Under the pieces are notes generated by a model that saw only the letters and a program-made list of their open reading frames with translations, had not been told where the DNA came from and made no database searches. A stretch of DNA of 64,000 nt, from assembly GCA_028749205.1 (NCBI GenBank), contig JAQULR010000001.1, forward strand, positions 62,840 through 126,839, written 5' to 3'. Positions 17,306-26,315 of this stretch are shown one piece after another. Each line of letters starts with the position of its first letter. Within the stretch, counting starts at the first letter, position 1. Position numbers and translations under genes: made by a program. This stretch comes from Acidobacteriota bacterium. GTDB lineage: Bacteria > Acidobacteriota > Aminicenantia > Aminicenantales > Saccharicenantaceae.

Positions 17306-18412
17306 TCAAATTTTCATAGGCATCAGGACATATAGATAGACCCCTTGAGGTGCTTCCTCTGGTTTTATTAAAACAGCACTATTTTCGTCTTTAATTTCCA
17401 AGACGACTCTCTCGGAACTGACAGTTCCTAAAAAGTCTAAAAGATATTGAGAGTTGAAGCCAATTTCCAGATCTTGACCCTGATAGTCCACGATAACTTT
17501 ATCCCTGGCCTCACCAAACTCAGGGTTATATGAAAACAGTCTCAGTTCTCCTGCTTTGAGATCAAATTTCACTCCCTTTGACTTTTCAGAGGATAGAATA
17601 GATACTCTCTTTATAGCCGCTGTTAACTCCTCTTTATTGATTGATAAAACATTAGGATTATCCTTCGGAATAACAGCTTGATAATTGGGAAACTTGCTCT
17701 CTATCACCCGAGAAATTAGGACTCTATTTTTGACTCTAAAAAAAAGACTGTTATCATCAAAATCAAAGTCAAGATTGCCATCATCATATTTCTTCAGCTC
17801 ATTAAGTGTCTTTTTAGAGATAATTTGATTGATTTCATTTTCTATTCTTAGCCCGTCTATTTCCCTCTTAGTATAAGAAAGTCTGTGACCATCGGTACTG
17901 ACTAATTCTATCTGGTTATCCTTCAATGATAATAAGGCTCCATTCAGATAATAACGCTGTTCCTGGGTAATAGCATAGATAACGCAGTCTATCATCTCCT
18001 GAAAGACAGACACCGTCCAAGAAATATTTCTATCAAACCCCGCATCCTGAATGGCCGGAAAATCTTCTTCAGGAGCAGCCAGAATTTTAATCTCACTATC
18101 ACCAGACCTGACAATTAGATGTTCTTCTTTTTTAATGAAATCTATGGCCTGTTCTTCTGATAGTAGTTTTACAAAGTCAAATAATTTCTTCCCATTAACT
18201 GCAGCCTGACCATTTTCTTTAACTTCTGCTTCAAAGAAGGTTTTTAATCCAACTTCTAAGTCAGTTCCCATCACCTCAACTCTGCCCTTCGAGGCTTTAA
18301 TCAGGACATTAGATAAGATGGGCATGGTAGTCCTTTTTTCCACAATTCCTTGAAGTAGGCCCAATTCGTTAATAATCTTACTTTTAGTAGCCGAAAATCT
18401 CATTTTTTCCAC
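17306..18412 (-). CDS. dnaN: DNA polymerase III beta sliding clamp
   Basis: 368 aa, directly downstream of dnaA. The C-terminus LMPMKI is typical of DnaN. Confidence 0.95.
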   Translation of the reverse strand: MEKMRFSATKSKIINELGLLQGIVEKRTTMPILSNVLIKASKGRVEVMGTDLEVGLKTFFEAEVKENGQAAVNGKKLFDFVKLLSEEQAIDFIKKEEHLIVRSGDSEIKILAAPEEDFPAIQDAGFDRNISWTVSVFQEMIDCVIYAITQEQRYYLNGALLSLKDNQIELVSTDGHRLSYTKREIDGLRIENEINQIISKKTLNELKKYDDGNLDFDFDDNSLFFRVKNRVLISRVIESKFPNYQAVIPKDNPNVLSINKEELTAAIKRVSILSSEKSKGVKFDLKAGELRLFSYNPEFGEARDKVIVDYQGQDLEIGFNSQYLLDFLGTVSSERVVLEIKDENSAVLIKPEEAPQGVYLYVLMPMKI

Positions 18413-18521
18413 CTTTCTTTAAGGACATTTAATATAATTATAAATCATAAATTAGTAATAAAAACAATATAAGAATGTCGATTGAATATGTGTATCCTAT
18501 TAGCTATCTTTTTATTTCTAA

Positions 18522-19853
18522 TCATTTTAAGAGATCAGTCAAGTTGTTAATATCTTTGTTAAAATCAGGGTTAGAAGCTCTTAATTTTTCAATTTTTCTA
18601 ATACTATGTAAAACAGTCGTGTGGTGCTTTCCGCCAAATTTTTTACCAATTTCAGGGAGAGAACTATTGGTTAGTTCCTTAGCAAGGTACATAGCGACTT
18701 GCCTGGGGAAGGAAAATTTTGGCGAATTATTTCTAGATTTTAGTTCTGATGGTTTGATTTTATAATAGTTGCAGACTACTTTTTGTATTTTTTCTACAGT
18801 TATAACATTGGCTGAAGCATCAAGGAGGCCTTTCAGGGCTTCTATGGCCAGGTCGAGGTCAATTTTTGTGCCCTTAAGTGAAGCGAAGGCTATCACCCTT
18901 CTTAGATAGCCTTCGAGCTCACGAATGTTGGAATGAACTTTATCAGCGATATATAAAGCTACTGGTTCGGGCAAAACAATATCTTCCATCTCAGCTTTTT
19001 TCTTTAGGATGGCAATTCTAGTCTCAATATCTGGTGGCCTCAAGTCAGCGATTAATCCCCACTCAAACCGGGAGCGAAAGCGATCTTCTAAATGAGGTAT
19101 ATCCCTCGGAGGACAATCACTGGAAATGACGATCTGCTTCTGGCTATCATATAGGTGGTTGAAAGTGTGGAAAAACTCTTCTTTGGTCCTTTCGCGACCT
19201 GAAAGATAATGGATGTCGTCCATCAATAAGACATCTATAGCTCGGTATTTTTGCCGGAATTCTAAAACCTTTCCATACTGTAGGTGATTAATCAACTCGT
19301 TCATAAAGCGTTCCGTGGTTACATATAACACTTTTGAATGGGTGTTATTATGCATTATTTGGTGTCCGATGGCATTCATCAAATGGGTTTTGCCAAGCCC
19401 GGCACCACCATAGATATAAAGAGGGTTGTAAGACTTGGCTGGATTCTTGGCTACAGCCAGAGCCGCGGCGTGGGCAAATTGATTGCATAATCCTACTACG
19501 AAGTTTTCAAAAGTATAGTTAGGATTAAGACTGGCGGTTTGCAGAACCCTTTGGTGGAGTTTTCTCTCCTCAGGAGAGTTACGTAAAAAAGGAGTTGGGG
19601 ATTCATCATATATGAATTTTATATCGAAGATTCTATTGAATATTTCCTGACTACACTCGTTGATTATGTTGGAATAATGAAAGGTCAGCCAATCCTTAAA
19701 ATAAGAATTAGGCACTTTAATATATAGAGTTTCTCCTTCTTCCCCAATATAAGAGGTAGGTTCAAACCAGGTGTCAAAGGCTTGTTCCTCAACGCGGTTT
19801 TTGATTCCAGTCAGGATCTTATTCCAAGGATTAGATTTATCAGCTATTTTCAT
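18522..19853 (-). CDS. dnaA: Chromosomal replication initiator DnaA
   Basis: Walker A GGAGLGKTHL, a box VII/sensor region, and a C-terminal DNA-binding domain (..GGKHHTTVLHSIRKIE). I prefer the ATG at 19853 (MKIADKSNPWNKIL...) because the track's GTG at 19886 lies inside the DnaA-box cluster. Confidence 0.95.
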   Translation of the reverse strand: MKIADKSNPWNKILTGIKNRVEEQAFDTWFEPTSYIGEEGETLYIKVPNSYFKDWLTFHYSNIINECSQEIFNRIFDIKFIYDESPTPFLRNSPEERKLHQRVLQTASLNPNYTFENFVVGLCNQFAHAAALAVAKNPAKSYNPLYIYGGAGLGKTHLMNAIGHQIMHNNTHSKVLYVTTERFMNELINHLQYGKVLEFRQKYRAIDVLLMDDIHYLSGRERTKEEFFHTFNHLYDSQKQIVISSDCPPRDIPHLEDRFRSRFEWGLIADLRPPDIETRIAILKKKAEMEDIVLPEPVALYIADKVHSNIRELEGYLRRVIAFASLKGTKIDLDLAIEALKGLLDASANVITVEKIQKVVCNYYKIKPSELKSRNNSPKFSFPRQVAMYLAKELTNSSLPEIGKKFGGKHHTTVLHSIRKIEKLRASNPDFNKDINNLTDLLK

Positions 19854-19866
19854 ATTGCCCCAAAAG

Positions 19867-19898
19867 ATATCCACAGAAATATCCACAACTGTGGAAAA
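19867..19898. promoter_or_regulatory. Cluster of three DnaA-box-like 9-mers
   Basis: ATATCCACA at 19867-19875, ATATCCACA at 19879-19887, and TGTGGAAAA (reverse complement TTTTCCACA) at 19890-19898. Each matches the TTATCCACA consensus at 8 of 9 or 7 of 9 positions. Boxes 2 and 3 form an inverted pair. Confidence 0.6.
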
Positions 19899-20171
19899 CT
19901 CCCCCTTAATAACTTTTTCCGGGGGAGACAGAAAAATATTATCACCTTAAAATATAAAATTCAAGATTATTTTAATAAAAAAACAAGCTAACTTTGCCTT
20001 ATCAGTATTAATGGCAAGATTCCAGATCTATTAGACTTATTTACTCGGGGCAACAAGCTGATTGTAATATAAATAAATTAGAGCAACGGGTTGCCTTTAG
20101 AAGTCCTTTATGCTATATAATATAAATTAGTTAACGTACTGTAAGCGCTAACAGAGAAAGAGAGAAAGACA

Positions 20172-20363
20172 ATGGCCAAAGAGTGTCAGATATGTCATAA
20201 AGGTCCTATATTTGGTAATAGTATTAGTCATTCTCATAAGGCCTCTCGGAGAAAATGGAACGCCAACGTCCAAAGGGTGAAGGCCCGGACAGAACAGGGC
20301 GTAAAGAGAATCTGGGTTTGTAGCCGTTGCCTGCGTTCAGGCCGCGTGCAGAAGGCGGTCTGA
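20172..20363 (+). CDS. rpmB: 50S ribosomal protein L28
   Basis: 63 aa. MAKECQICHKGPIFGNSISHSHKASRRKWNANVQ matches the L28 pattern. Confidence 0.9.
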   Translation: MAKECQICHKGPIFGNSISHSHKASRRKWNANVQRVKARTEQGVKRIWVCSRCLRSGRVQKAV

Positions 20364-20365
20364 TT

Positions 20366-22522
20366 TTAATATCTGACTACTGAGTTCACCTCAGGAAGCC
20401 TGGAAATCCGCTCGATGATTTTCTTTAGATGATCAAGGTCTCCAATGCTTATTTCAAGGGAAATGTTGGCTTTTTGATCGCTGCTGGTAGAAACTTCAGC
20501 TCTGGAGATATTACCGTTTAGTTCAGCCACTGCAGTGGCCACGCTCGCCAGAACTCCTGGGGAATCTTTTGAATAAATGACCAGTTTCGCCTTGAAGGTC
20601 TCTTTCAAAGCTGGGTCCCAGGAAACTTCTACCAGGCGCTGGGTGTCCAGAATCTCTTTCTGAACCAGATAGCATCGTTGGGCATGGATAGTCAGTCCTT
20701 TACCTGAAGTTAGGTAGCCGACAACCGGTTCGCCTTTGATTGGTGAGCAACAACCGGCTAAGGTAATCATCCGTTCTTCCAGGTTGGTTATGACTATCCC
20801 TTGGCTTAAGGGCTGACCCGACAACCGATCGACCATTTTTTTAAGAAGACCGCGGTGGGGTTTAGTTTCTGATAGCTCTCCCGCCAGCCTTTCCAGAAAT
20901 CTTCTATTGACCACTACCTTACCCAAGCCAGCTAACAGATAAAGGTCCTCAAGGTTATGCAGATGCAGCTTAAATTCTTTATTGATATTACCTATTAAGA
21001 CCGATTCTGGGCGCAACTCTGAGGGCAACCGGAACTTTCGGGTTTCTTTTTCCCAGAGCCTTTGGCCGAGCTCAATAGCCTTTTTTCTGGTTTTCAGATT
21101 TAAGTATTTTTTGATATTCTGTCTAGCCGAAGCAGTGGCCACCCAGTGTAACCAGCTGCGGTTTGGACTTCTATCTGGGGAGGTAAGGATGTTGACGATA
21201 TCGCCTGTTTTGAGAGGAGTCTTGAGCGGCATCAACTCACCGTTTATTCTAGCTTCCTTGGCGTGCAGCCCAATTTCGGTATGAATTTTGAAAGCAAAAT
21301 CCAGGGCGGTTGCCCCTGGCGGTAAGCCAATAACCTTACCTTTAGGAGTAAAAGCATAGATTTCTTCAGGAATCAGGTTTATTTTCAGGTTTTTAAGGAA
21401 TTCTTTCGGATTTTTCTGCTCGCTGAACAAAGCAGCTATTTCTCTTAACCATTGAAGTCGCTGGTCGGCGCTGGTCAAGCCGGTGGGGGCGCCTTCTTTA
21501 TATTTCCAGTGGGCAGCGATCCCATTTTCAGCCAGTTCATGCATCTCATGCGTCCGGATCTGGATTTCAAAGGTCTGCTTGTTTTCTGTAATGATTGTGG
21601 TGTGCAGTGATTGATAAAGAGTAGGTTTGGGCATGGCAATAAAATCACGGAACCTCTGTGGTAAATGAGGCCAGCGCTGATGAATGATACCCAAAATGGC
21701 ATAACAATTCTTTATCGAATCTGTAATGATTCTTAAAGCTAAAAAATCATAGACCTGGTCGAAATCCACCCCTTTTTTCTGCATCTTAGAATAGATGCTA
21801 TAAAGCCTCTTAATCCTGAACTGGATTTCAGCCTGAAGGCCGTTTTCTTTCAACAACTGTTCCATGATTTTTTTCAATTTTTTTAGCTCTTTTTCTCCCT
21901 TTTTTAGCTCTGGTTCCACTAGGGCTACCATTCTGAAGTATTCATCAGGATCCACATAGCGAAAGGATAGATCTTCGAGCTCAGCCCGAATTCGACCCAT
22001 GCCTAACCGGTTAGCGATCGGGGCATATATTTCCAGCGTTTCTCGGGCGATTCTGGTCTGCTTGTCTTCGCTAAGATAATGGAGGGTCTTTAGATTATGC
22101 CAGCGGTCGGCTAATTTAATAAAGATAACCCGCAAATCATCAGTCATAGCCAAAATGATTTTTCTTATAGTCTCAGCCCTGGTCTGGTCAGCCGGCGAAT
22201 CCTCAAGGCGAGTGATTTTGGTTACACCTTCGACCAGACTTGCTACTTCCTTGCCAAAATTTTCTTTGATTTCGGCGGCCGTAACTTCAGTATCTTCCAA
22301 AACATCATGTAACAACCCGGCGATCAGAGTGGTTAAGTCCAGATTCATCTCAGCGAGAATATTAGTTACTTCCAGGGGATGGCTTAAATAGGGCTCCCCA
22401 GAACGCCGTATCTGACCCCTATGAGCCCTGGCGGCAAAGATGTAGGCTTTCTGCAAAAGACGGATATCTTTTTCTGAGTATCTGCCCTGTATTTTTTCGG
22501 CTATATCATTAAAACGAATCAT
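20366..22522 (-). CDS. rel: Bifunctional (p)ppGpp synthetase/hydrolase (RelA/SpoT homolog)
   Basis: 718 aa. HD hydrolase domain (HRGQIRRSGEPYLSHPLEV..HDVLEDT), synthetase domain, TGS domain and a C-terminal ACT domain. Confidence 0.95.
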   Translation of the reverse strand: MIRFNDIAEKIQGRYSEKDIRLLQKAYIFAARAHRGQIRRSGEPYLSHPLEVTNILAEMNLDLTTLIAGLLHDVLEDTEVTAAEIKENFGKEVASLVEGVTKITRLEDSPADQTRAETIRKIILAMTDDLRVIFIKLADRWHNLKTLHYLSEDKQTRIARETLEIYAPIANRLGMGRIRAELEDLSFRYVDPDEYFRMVALVEPELKKGEKELKKLKKIMEQLLKENGLQAEIQFRIKRLYSIYSKMQKKGVDFDQVYDFLALRIITDSIKNCYAILGIIHQRWPHLPQRFRDFIAMPKPTLYQSLHTTIITENKQTFEIQIRTHEMHELAENGIAAHWKYKEGAPTGLTSADQRLQWLREIAALFSEQKNPKEFLKNLKINLIPEEIYAFTPKGKVIGLPPGATALDFAFKIHTEIGLHAKEARINGELMPLKTPLKTGDIVNILTSPDRSPNRSWLHWVATASARQNIKKYLNLKTRKKAIELGQRLWEKETRKFRLPSELRPESVLIGNINKEFKLHLHNLEDLYLLAGLGKVVVNRRFLERLAGELSETKPHRGLLKKMVDRLSGQPLSQGIVITNLEERMITLAGCCSPIKGEPVVGYLTSGKGLTIHAQRCYLVQKEILDTQRLVEVSWDPALKETFKAKLVIYSKDSPGVLASVATAVAELNGNISRAEVSTSSDQKANISLEISIGDLDHLKKIIERISRLPEVNSVVRY

Positions 22523-22553
22523 TGGCCTAACAGCTGGAAAGGCTCATAATTTC

Positions 22554-23558
22554 TTAAGGTGTCATAAAAGAAGAAATAAACTCCATGACCTCATTGATAG
22601 AAATGTTTTCAAGACAGCGGTGATCATAAGGACAGCTCCGGTAACTGCAGGGAGAACAGGGAACAGATTTTTTTAAAGCTGCCGCCGGAGCTTGAACTGG
22701 CCCACAAAGGTGGGGGTCAGTTGGCCCATAGAGACTCACCACAGGCACTCCAAGAAAATTAGCCACATGGGTCAATCCGGAGTCATTTCCAAGGTAAACT
22801 CTTGCCATAGCCAGAATACCGGCAGTCTCTTCTAGGGTAAGCTGCCCCGTTAAATCGGCTGCCCGGCCGTCTATCTGAGGCATTATCTGGCGGCTGATCT
22901 CCTGACTGGCCTGAGAACCAACCAGGACTACCCGATATGACCTACTGATAAGCTTCTTGATCAACCCTACCTGATGGTTAAGTGGCCAGACCCTGGCTGG
23001 CCCGAAACTCGAGCCGGGCTTGATGACCACCGTAGGATCCTCGGGCCGGAGGCCGGCCTGACGGAGCCGGGTTTCTGCGGCCGTCAGCAAATTGCTGGGC
23101 AGGGTCAGATGATAGGGACGATCCTCAACTTTGAGACCCAGATGCTCCAGAATATTCAAATAGTGGTATTTCAAATGCAGCTGGGGGTCAACTGCTTTTA
23201 GACTGAGTCTCTTGGTTAGCATAAAACCACGGCCTTCGCGGTCATAACCCCAGCGCTGTGGGATTCTGGCTAAATAGAAAAGAAGAGCAGAAGCGAAGGT
23301 TTCATCCAGTAGAAGGCCAACTTCAAAAAGCATTTTTTTTAGCCGGGACGAGGCCCGCTGCAGTCCAGCAATCTCCTTAACTTCTGGCAAAGCAACTTGA
23401 GAATATTCCGGGGTGACTGAAAGAAAAAATTGGGCGAATTTCTCAGGGGGAAGAATAGATATGCTGGCCGTCGGAAAGTTTTCCTTAAGGCTTCGAAGAC
23501 AAGGCAAAGCCTGGAGACTTGCCCCTAAAGAACGGGGGAGATAAACGAGAATCTTCAT
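22554..23558 (-). CDS. Glycosyltransferase family 9 (ADP-heptose:LPS heptosyltransferase-like)
   Basis: 334 aa. The GNDSGLTHVANFLGVPVVSLYGPTDP motif is typical of RfaF/RfaC-type GT9 enzymes. Confidence 0.8.
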   Translation of the reverse strand: MKILVYLPRSLGASLQALPCLRSLKENFPTASISILPPEKFAQFFLSVTPEYSQVALPEVKEIAGLQRASSRLKKMLFEVGLLLDETFASALLFYLARIPQRWGYDREGRGFMLTKRLSLKAVDPQLHLKYHYLNILEHLGLKVEDRPYHLTLPSNLLTAAETRLRQAGLRPEDPTVVIKPGSSFGPARVWPLNHQVGLIKKLISRSYRVVLVGSQASQEISRQIMPQIDGRAADLTGQLTLEETAGILAMARVYLGNDSGLTHVANFLGVPVVSLYGPTDPHLCGPVQAPAAALKKSVPCSPCSYRSCPYDHRCLENISINEVMEFISSFMTP

Positions 23559-23597
23559 CAGATTAATTATATGCTGGCCCTATATGGGGATTACCAA

Positions 23598-23876
23598 TCA
23601 TTTCTTCTCGCTAGGGGTCTCGTTGCTAGCAGTTGATTTCTCGGATTTTTTATCTTCCTCGTGAAGGTGCTGTCCATGGCCGCCGGTTGGTGAATTTCTA
23701 TGGGCATAATCAGTGATATACCAACCAGAACCTCGGAACTGGATGGCCGGTGACGAAACCAGTCTGACCAGGCAACCTCCGCATTCTGGGCAGAGATCCA
23801 TGGGTTGATCATTTATTTTTTGTAATATTTCAAAGTGACGATGACAATGCTGACAGCGATATTCATATATGGGCAT
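23598..23876 (-). CDS. FmdB-family zinc-ribbon protein
   Basis: Starts MPIYEYRCQHCHRHFEILQKI...CPECGG, the CxxC_CxxC_SSSS signature. Confidence 0.8.
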   Translation of the reverse strand: MPIYEYRCQHCHRHFEILQKINDQPMDLCPECGGCLVRLVSSPAIQFRGSGWYITDYAHRNSPTGGHGQHLHEEDKKSEKSTASNETPSEKK

Positions 23877-24037
23877 CTCGGCCTCCTCATCTCAGACTCT
23901 ATCTAATTACTGTCTTTTATTATAGCAGAAGAGAAACCCCTTGGTAACTAACCATAATGATTATGTAAACACCACCGCCCTCGTGGTTATGAACTTCCAC
24001 TCTCCGGCCCCCCTTAACTTATAATCTAACTCCGTCC

Positions 24038-24172
24038 CTAAAAGCCTCGGTCTGAATCTTCCTGAAATTTAGGGATACGAGCTTTTTCTTTTTCTTTGCC
24101 CAGATGGAAGCCAATTAGGAAAGTGGAAAAAACAGTCAGCATGGCGACGAGGAATCTTAAAAATTTGCTCAT
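24038..24172 (-). CDS. Candidate 44-aa single-TM mini-protein (hypothetical)
   Basis: My reverse-strand translation reads MSKFLRFLVAMLTVFSTFLIGFHLGKEKEKARIPKFQEDSDRGF*. AGGAAAA lies 7 nt upstream of the ATG. The ORF is below the track's length cutoff. Confidence 0.3.
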   Translation of the reverse strand: MSKFLRFLVAMLTVFSTFLIGFHLGKEKEKARIPKFQEDSDRGF

Positions 24173-24291
24173 TTTCGTTTTCCTAATAAATTCTTTACTA
24201 AATCTCAGAAATTGTCAACCATCTCAGATATTTTTTTTTATATTTTTCTAACCTTGATTCAACCTATAAGGGCCGGAGTAAAGCAGGGTAC

Positions 24292-24317
24292 CCTAGATTA
24301 TTTATCAATAATCCAGG
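24292..24317. repeat. Member A of the dispersed palindromic motif (CCTAGATTATT-TATC-AATAATCCAGG)
   Basis: 11-bp inverted arms with one mismatch and a 4-bp spacer. Lies ~190 bp upstream of the Memo-AMMECR1 gene. Confidence 0.5.
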
Positions 24318-24504
24318 CAGGGCAACGATCTTCACCTTAAAACCAGGCAAATGATGATCATGTCACCCTCGAAGATGACGAAACTAAAATAGAATAACTT
24401 CTGCTATAGCCAGCTTTAATTACCCGGATCAAAAGTAAAAGGGAATTATTACGCATTTGCCGAATCGCCTATAAAGACTTAAGATATAGACAAGAGAGGA
24501 CAAG

Positions 24505-25956
24505 ATGTGTAAAAAAGCCTGGCCAAACCTGATTATTTTTATTCTGTTTATCGTTTTGATGTTTACTGCCTCCTGGGCCCAGGGCCTGAGAAAGGCCGCC
24601 TGGGCTGGTCAGTTTTATGAAGCCGATGCGGCCCGTTTGGCCCGGGTTCTTGAGGTTTACTTAGAATCTGCTGCGGTTCAACCGCTGGCCGGAGAGGTGA
24701 TCGGCCTGATTTCTCCCCATGCGGGTTATGTTTATTCAGGTAGAGTAGCGGCTGCTGGTTATCGACTTATACAGGATCAGCATCAGCCAGTGGAATCTGT
24801 GGTCATTATAGGGCCGTCGCATCAATATGGATTTAAGGGCTGTTCTATTTACCTTAAAGGTGGCTTTGAAACTCCTCTGGGTGTAGTTGAGGTAGACGAG
24901 AAATTGGCTAAAGCCCTGGCCCGGTATTCCGGGTTTAGTTATATCCCCGAAGCCCATGCCAAAGAGCATTCAATAGAAGTCCAGATCCCCTTTATTCAGA
25001 AGGTCTGCCCAGGAGCCAGAATTGTCCCGGTGGTTATGGGTTTTCAAACTGAAGAGACTATCAGGACCTTAGCCTCGGCTCTGGGCAAGATTCTGCCAGG
25101 GACAAAATCTCTGGTAGTTGCTTCTACGGACATGTCCCATTTTCTTACCCGGGCAAAGGCCAATGAGCTGGATCGAAAGACAATGGAGTTAATTAAGACA
25201 GTTGAAACTAGCACCTTGATGCGTCAGATAGTAAGGGGCGAGAATATTATGTGTGGCGGCGGTCCGGTCCTGGCTTTGCTTCTTTATGCCCAGCAATTGG
25301 GTCAGGTTAAGGTTGAGATCTTGAGTTATTCGGATTCCGCTGCCGCTGGTGGACCGGAAGACCAGGTAGTCGGTTACCTATCAGCGGCTGTTTATCTCGA
25401 AAAACAGGCTGGAGTTATAGAGCTGGCCCCGGAAGAACGAAAAGAACTGTTAAACCTGGCCAGGCAAGCCATTTCAGTTTACCTGGAATCAGGTCAGTTC
25501 CTGGATTATCAGCCCGAAAATCCCAAGTACCGACAGCCGGCCGGGGCTTTTGTCACTCTGAAGAAAGACAACCTTCTGAGAGGCTGCATTGGTTTTGCTG
25601 AACCCGTTTATCCATTGTGGCAGGCAGTAGCCCAATCTGCCGTCTTAGCGGCTACCGAAGATTCAAGGTTTCCTCCACTCAAAATGACAGAGCTTCCCCA
25701 ACTGAAGATTGAAATTTCTGTCCTCGGGCCTCTGCAGCCAGTTAGGAAATTGTCGGAGATAAAAATTGGCCGCCACGGTTTGGTAATCAAGCAAGGCCAG
25801 CGCAGCGGTCTTCTGCTGCCTCAGGTAGCCACAGAGTATGGCTGGGACCGCCAGACATTCCTTCGGGAACTTTGCCGGAAAGCTGGCCTGCCACAAAATG
25901 CCTATAGGGATTTGAGGTCTGTTTATAAATTTGAAGCTATCGTCTTCGAGGAATAA
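24505..25956 (+). CDS. Fusion of Memo-like (AmmeMemoRadiSam system protein B) and AMMECR1 (protein A) domains with an N-terminal signal/anchor sequence
   Basis: Memo motifs ISPHAGYVYSG, EHSIEVQIPF, STDMSH and MCGGGP in aa ~30-300. AMMECR1 motifs GAFVTLKK..LRGCIGF and ATEDSRFPPL in aa ~300-483. The N-terminus NLIIFILFIVLMFTASWAQG is hydrophobic with an AxA-like site. Confidence 0.85.
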   Translation: MCKKAWPNLIIFILFIVLMFTASWAQGLRKAAWAGQFYEADAARLARVLEVYLESAAVQPLAGEVIGLISPHAGYVYSGRVAAAGYRLIQDQHQPVESVVIIGPSHQYGFKGCSIYLKGGFETPLGVVEVDEKLAKALARYSGFSYIPEAHAKEHSIEVQIPFIQKVCPGARIVPVVMGFQTEETIRTLASALGKILPGTKSLVVASTDMSHFLTRAKANELDRKTMELIKTVETSTLMRQIVRGENIMCGGGPVLALLLYAQQLGQVKVEILSYSDSAAAGGPEDQVVGYLSAAVYLEKQAGVIELAPEERKELLNLARQAISVYLESGQFLDYQPENPKYRQPAGAFVTLKKDNLLRGCIGFAEPVYPLWQAVAQSAVLAATEDSRFPPLKMTELPQLKIEISVLGPLQPVRKLSEIKIGRHGLVIKQGQRSGLLLPQVATEYGWDRQTFLRELCRKAGLPQNAYRDLRSVYKFEAIVFEE

Positions 25957-26027
25957 CCATGTCCGCCAGGCGGCTTGATAAATCACTTATAAGAATTTAT
26001 AATAATTTTAGATAGTGGTTGGAAGAA

Positions 26028-26288
26028 ATGAGCTGGACAATTTATGCTATTTTAATTCTTTTCGGATTGTTTATCATTTTGATGATTGTCAATCCTAACC
26101 TTTCCTGCTTTGGCAGAAGAATTCGCTCTCCCTTTTATCCAGTAACTCGTAAAAAGAAAAAAATTCGGTCGGTATCCAAAGAGTATAAATTTGATCTTGG
26201 AGGGCCAGGCCAGAAGCCGGGGCCCATTTCTGAATCTAACAAGGCTAAGAAGAAGAAGGCTGAGGATTACGGATTCAAACTGAGCTGA
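26028..26288 (+). CDS. Hypothetical small membrane protein with a Lys-rich tail
   Basis: One TM segment (WTIYAILILFGLFIILMIV) followed by basic stretches (KKKKIR, KAKKKKAE). I recognise no family. ATG at 26028; the track begins at a TTG at 26019. Confidence 0.35.
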   Translation: MSWTIYAILILFGLFIILMIVNPNLSCFGRRIRSPFYPVTRKKKKIRSVSKEYKFDLGGPGQKPGPISESNKAKKKKAEDYGFKLS

Positions 26289-26315
26289 CCGGTAAGCTGA
26301 TCAAGAGGAGCTAAG

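Noticed and set aside
18475-18765. 96-aa + strand ORF across the dnaN-dnaA spacer and the dnaA 3' end
   Set aside because: It starts in the extremely AT-rich spacer, runs antisense to dnaA, and has Leu/Ile/Phe/Ser-biased composition. It is spurious.
19854-19886. GTG start of dnaA at 19886 (adds MDISVDIFWGN)
   Set aside because: The added codons are made of the DnaA boxes themselves. The ATG at 19853 gives a normal DnaA N-terminus.
20363-20366. Convergent rpmB and rel stop codons only 2 bp apart, and likewise polA and the GNAT gene 3 bp apart at 6357/6361
   Set aside because: This is noted as tight packing with no room for intrinsic terminators. Such arrangements are common in compact genomes and carry no further signal I can support.
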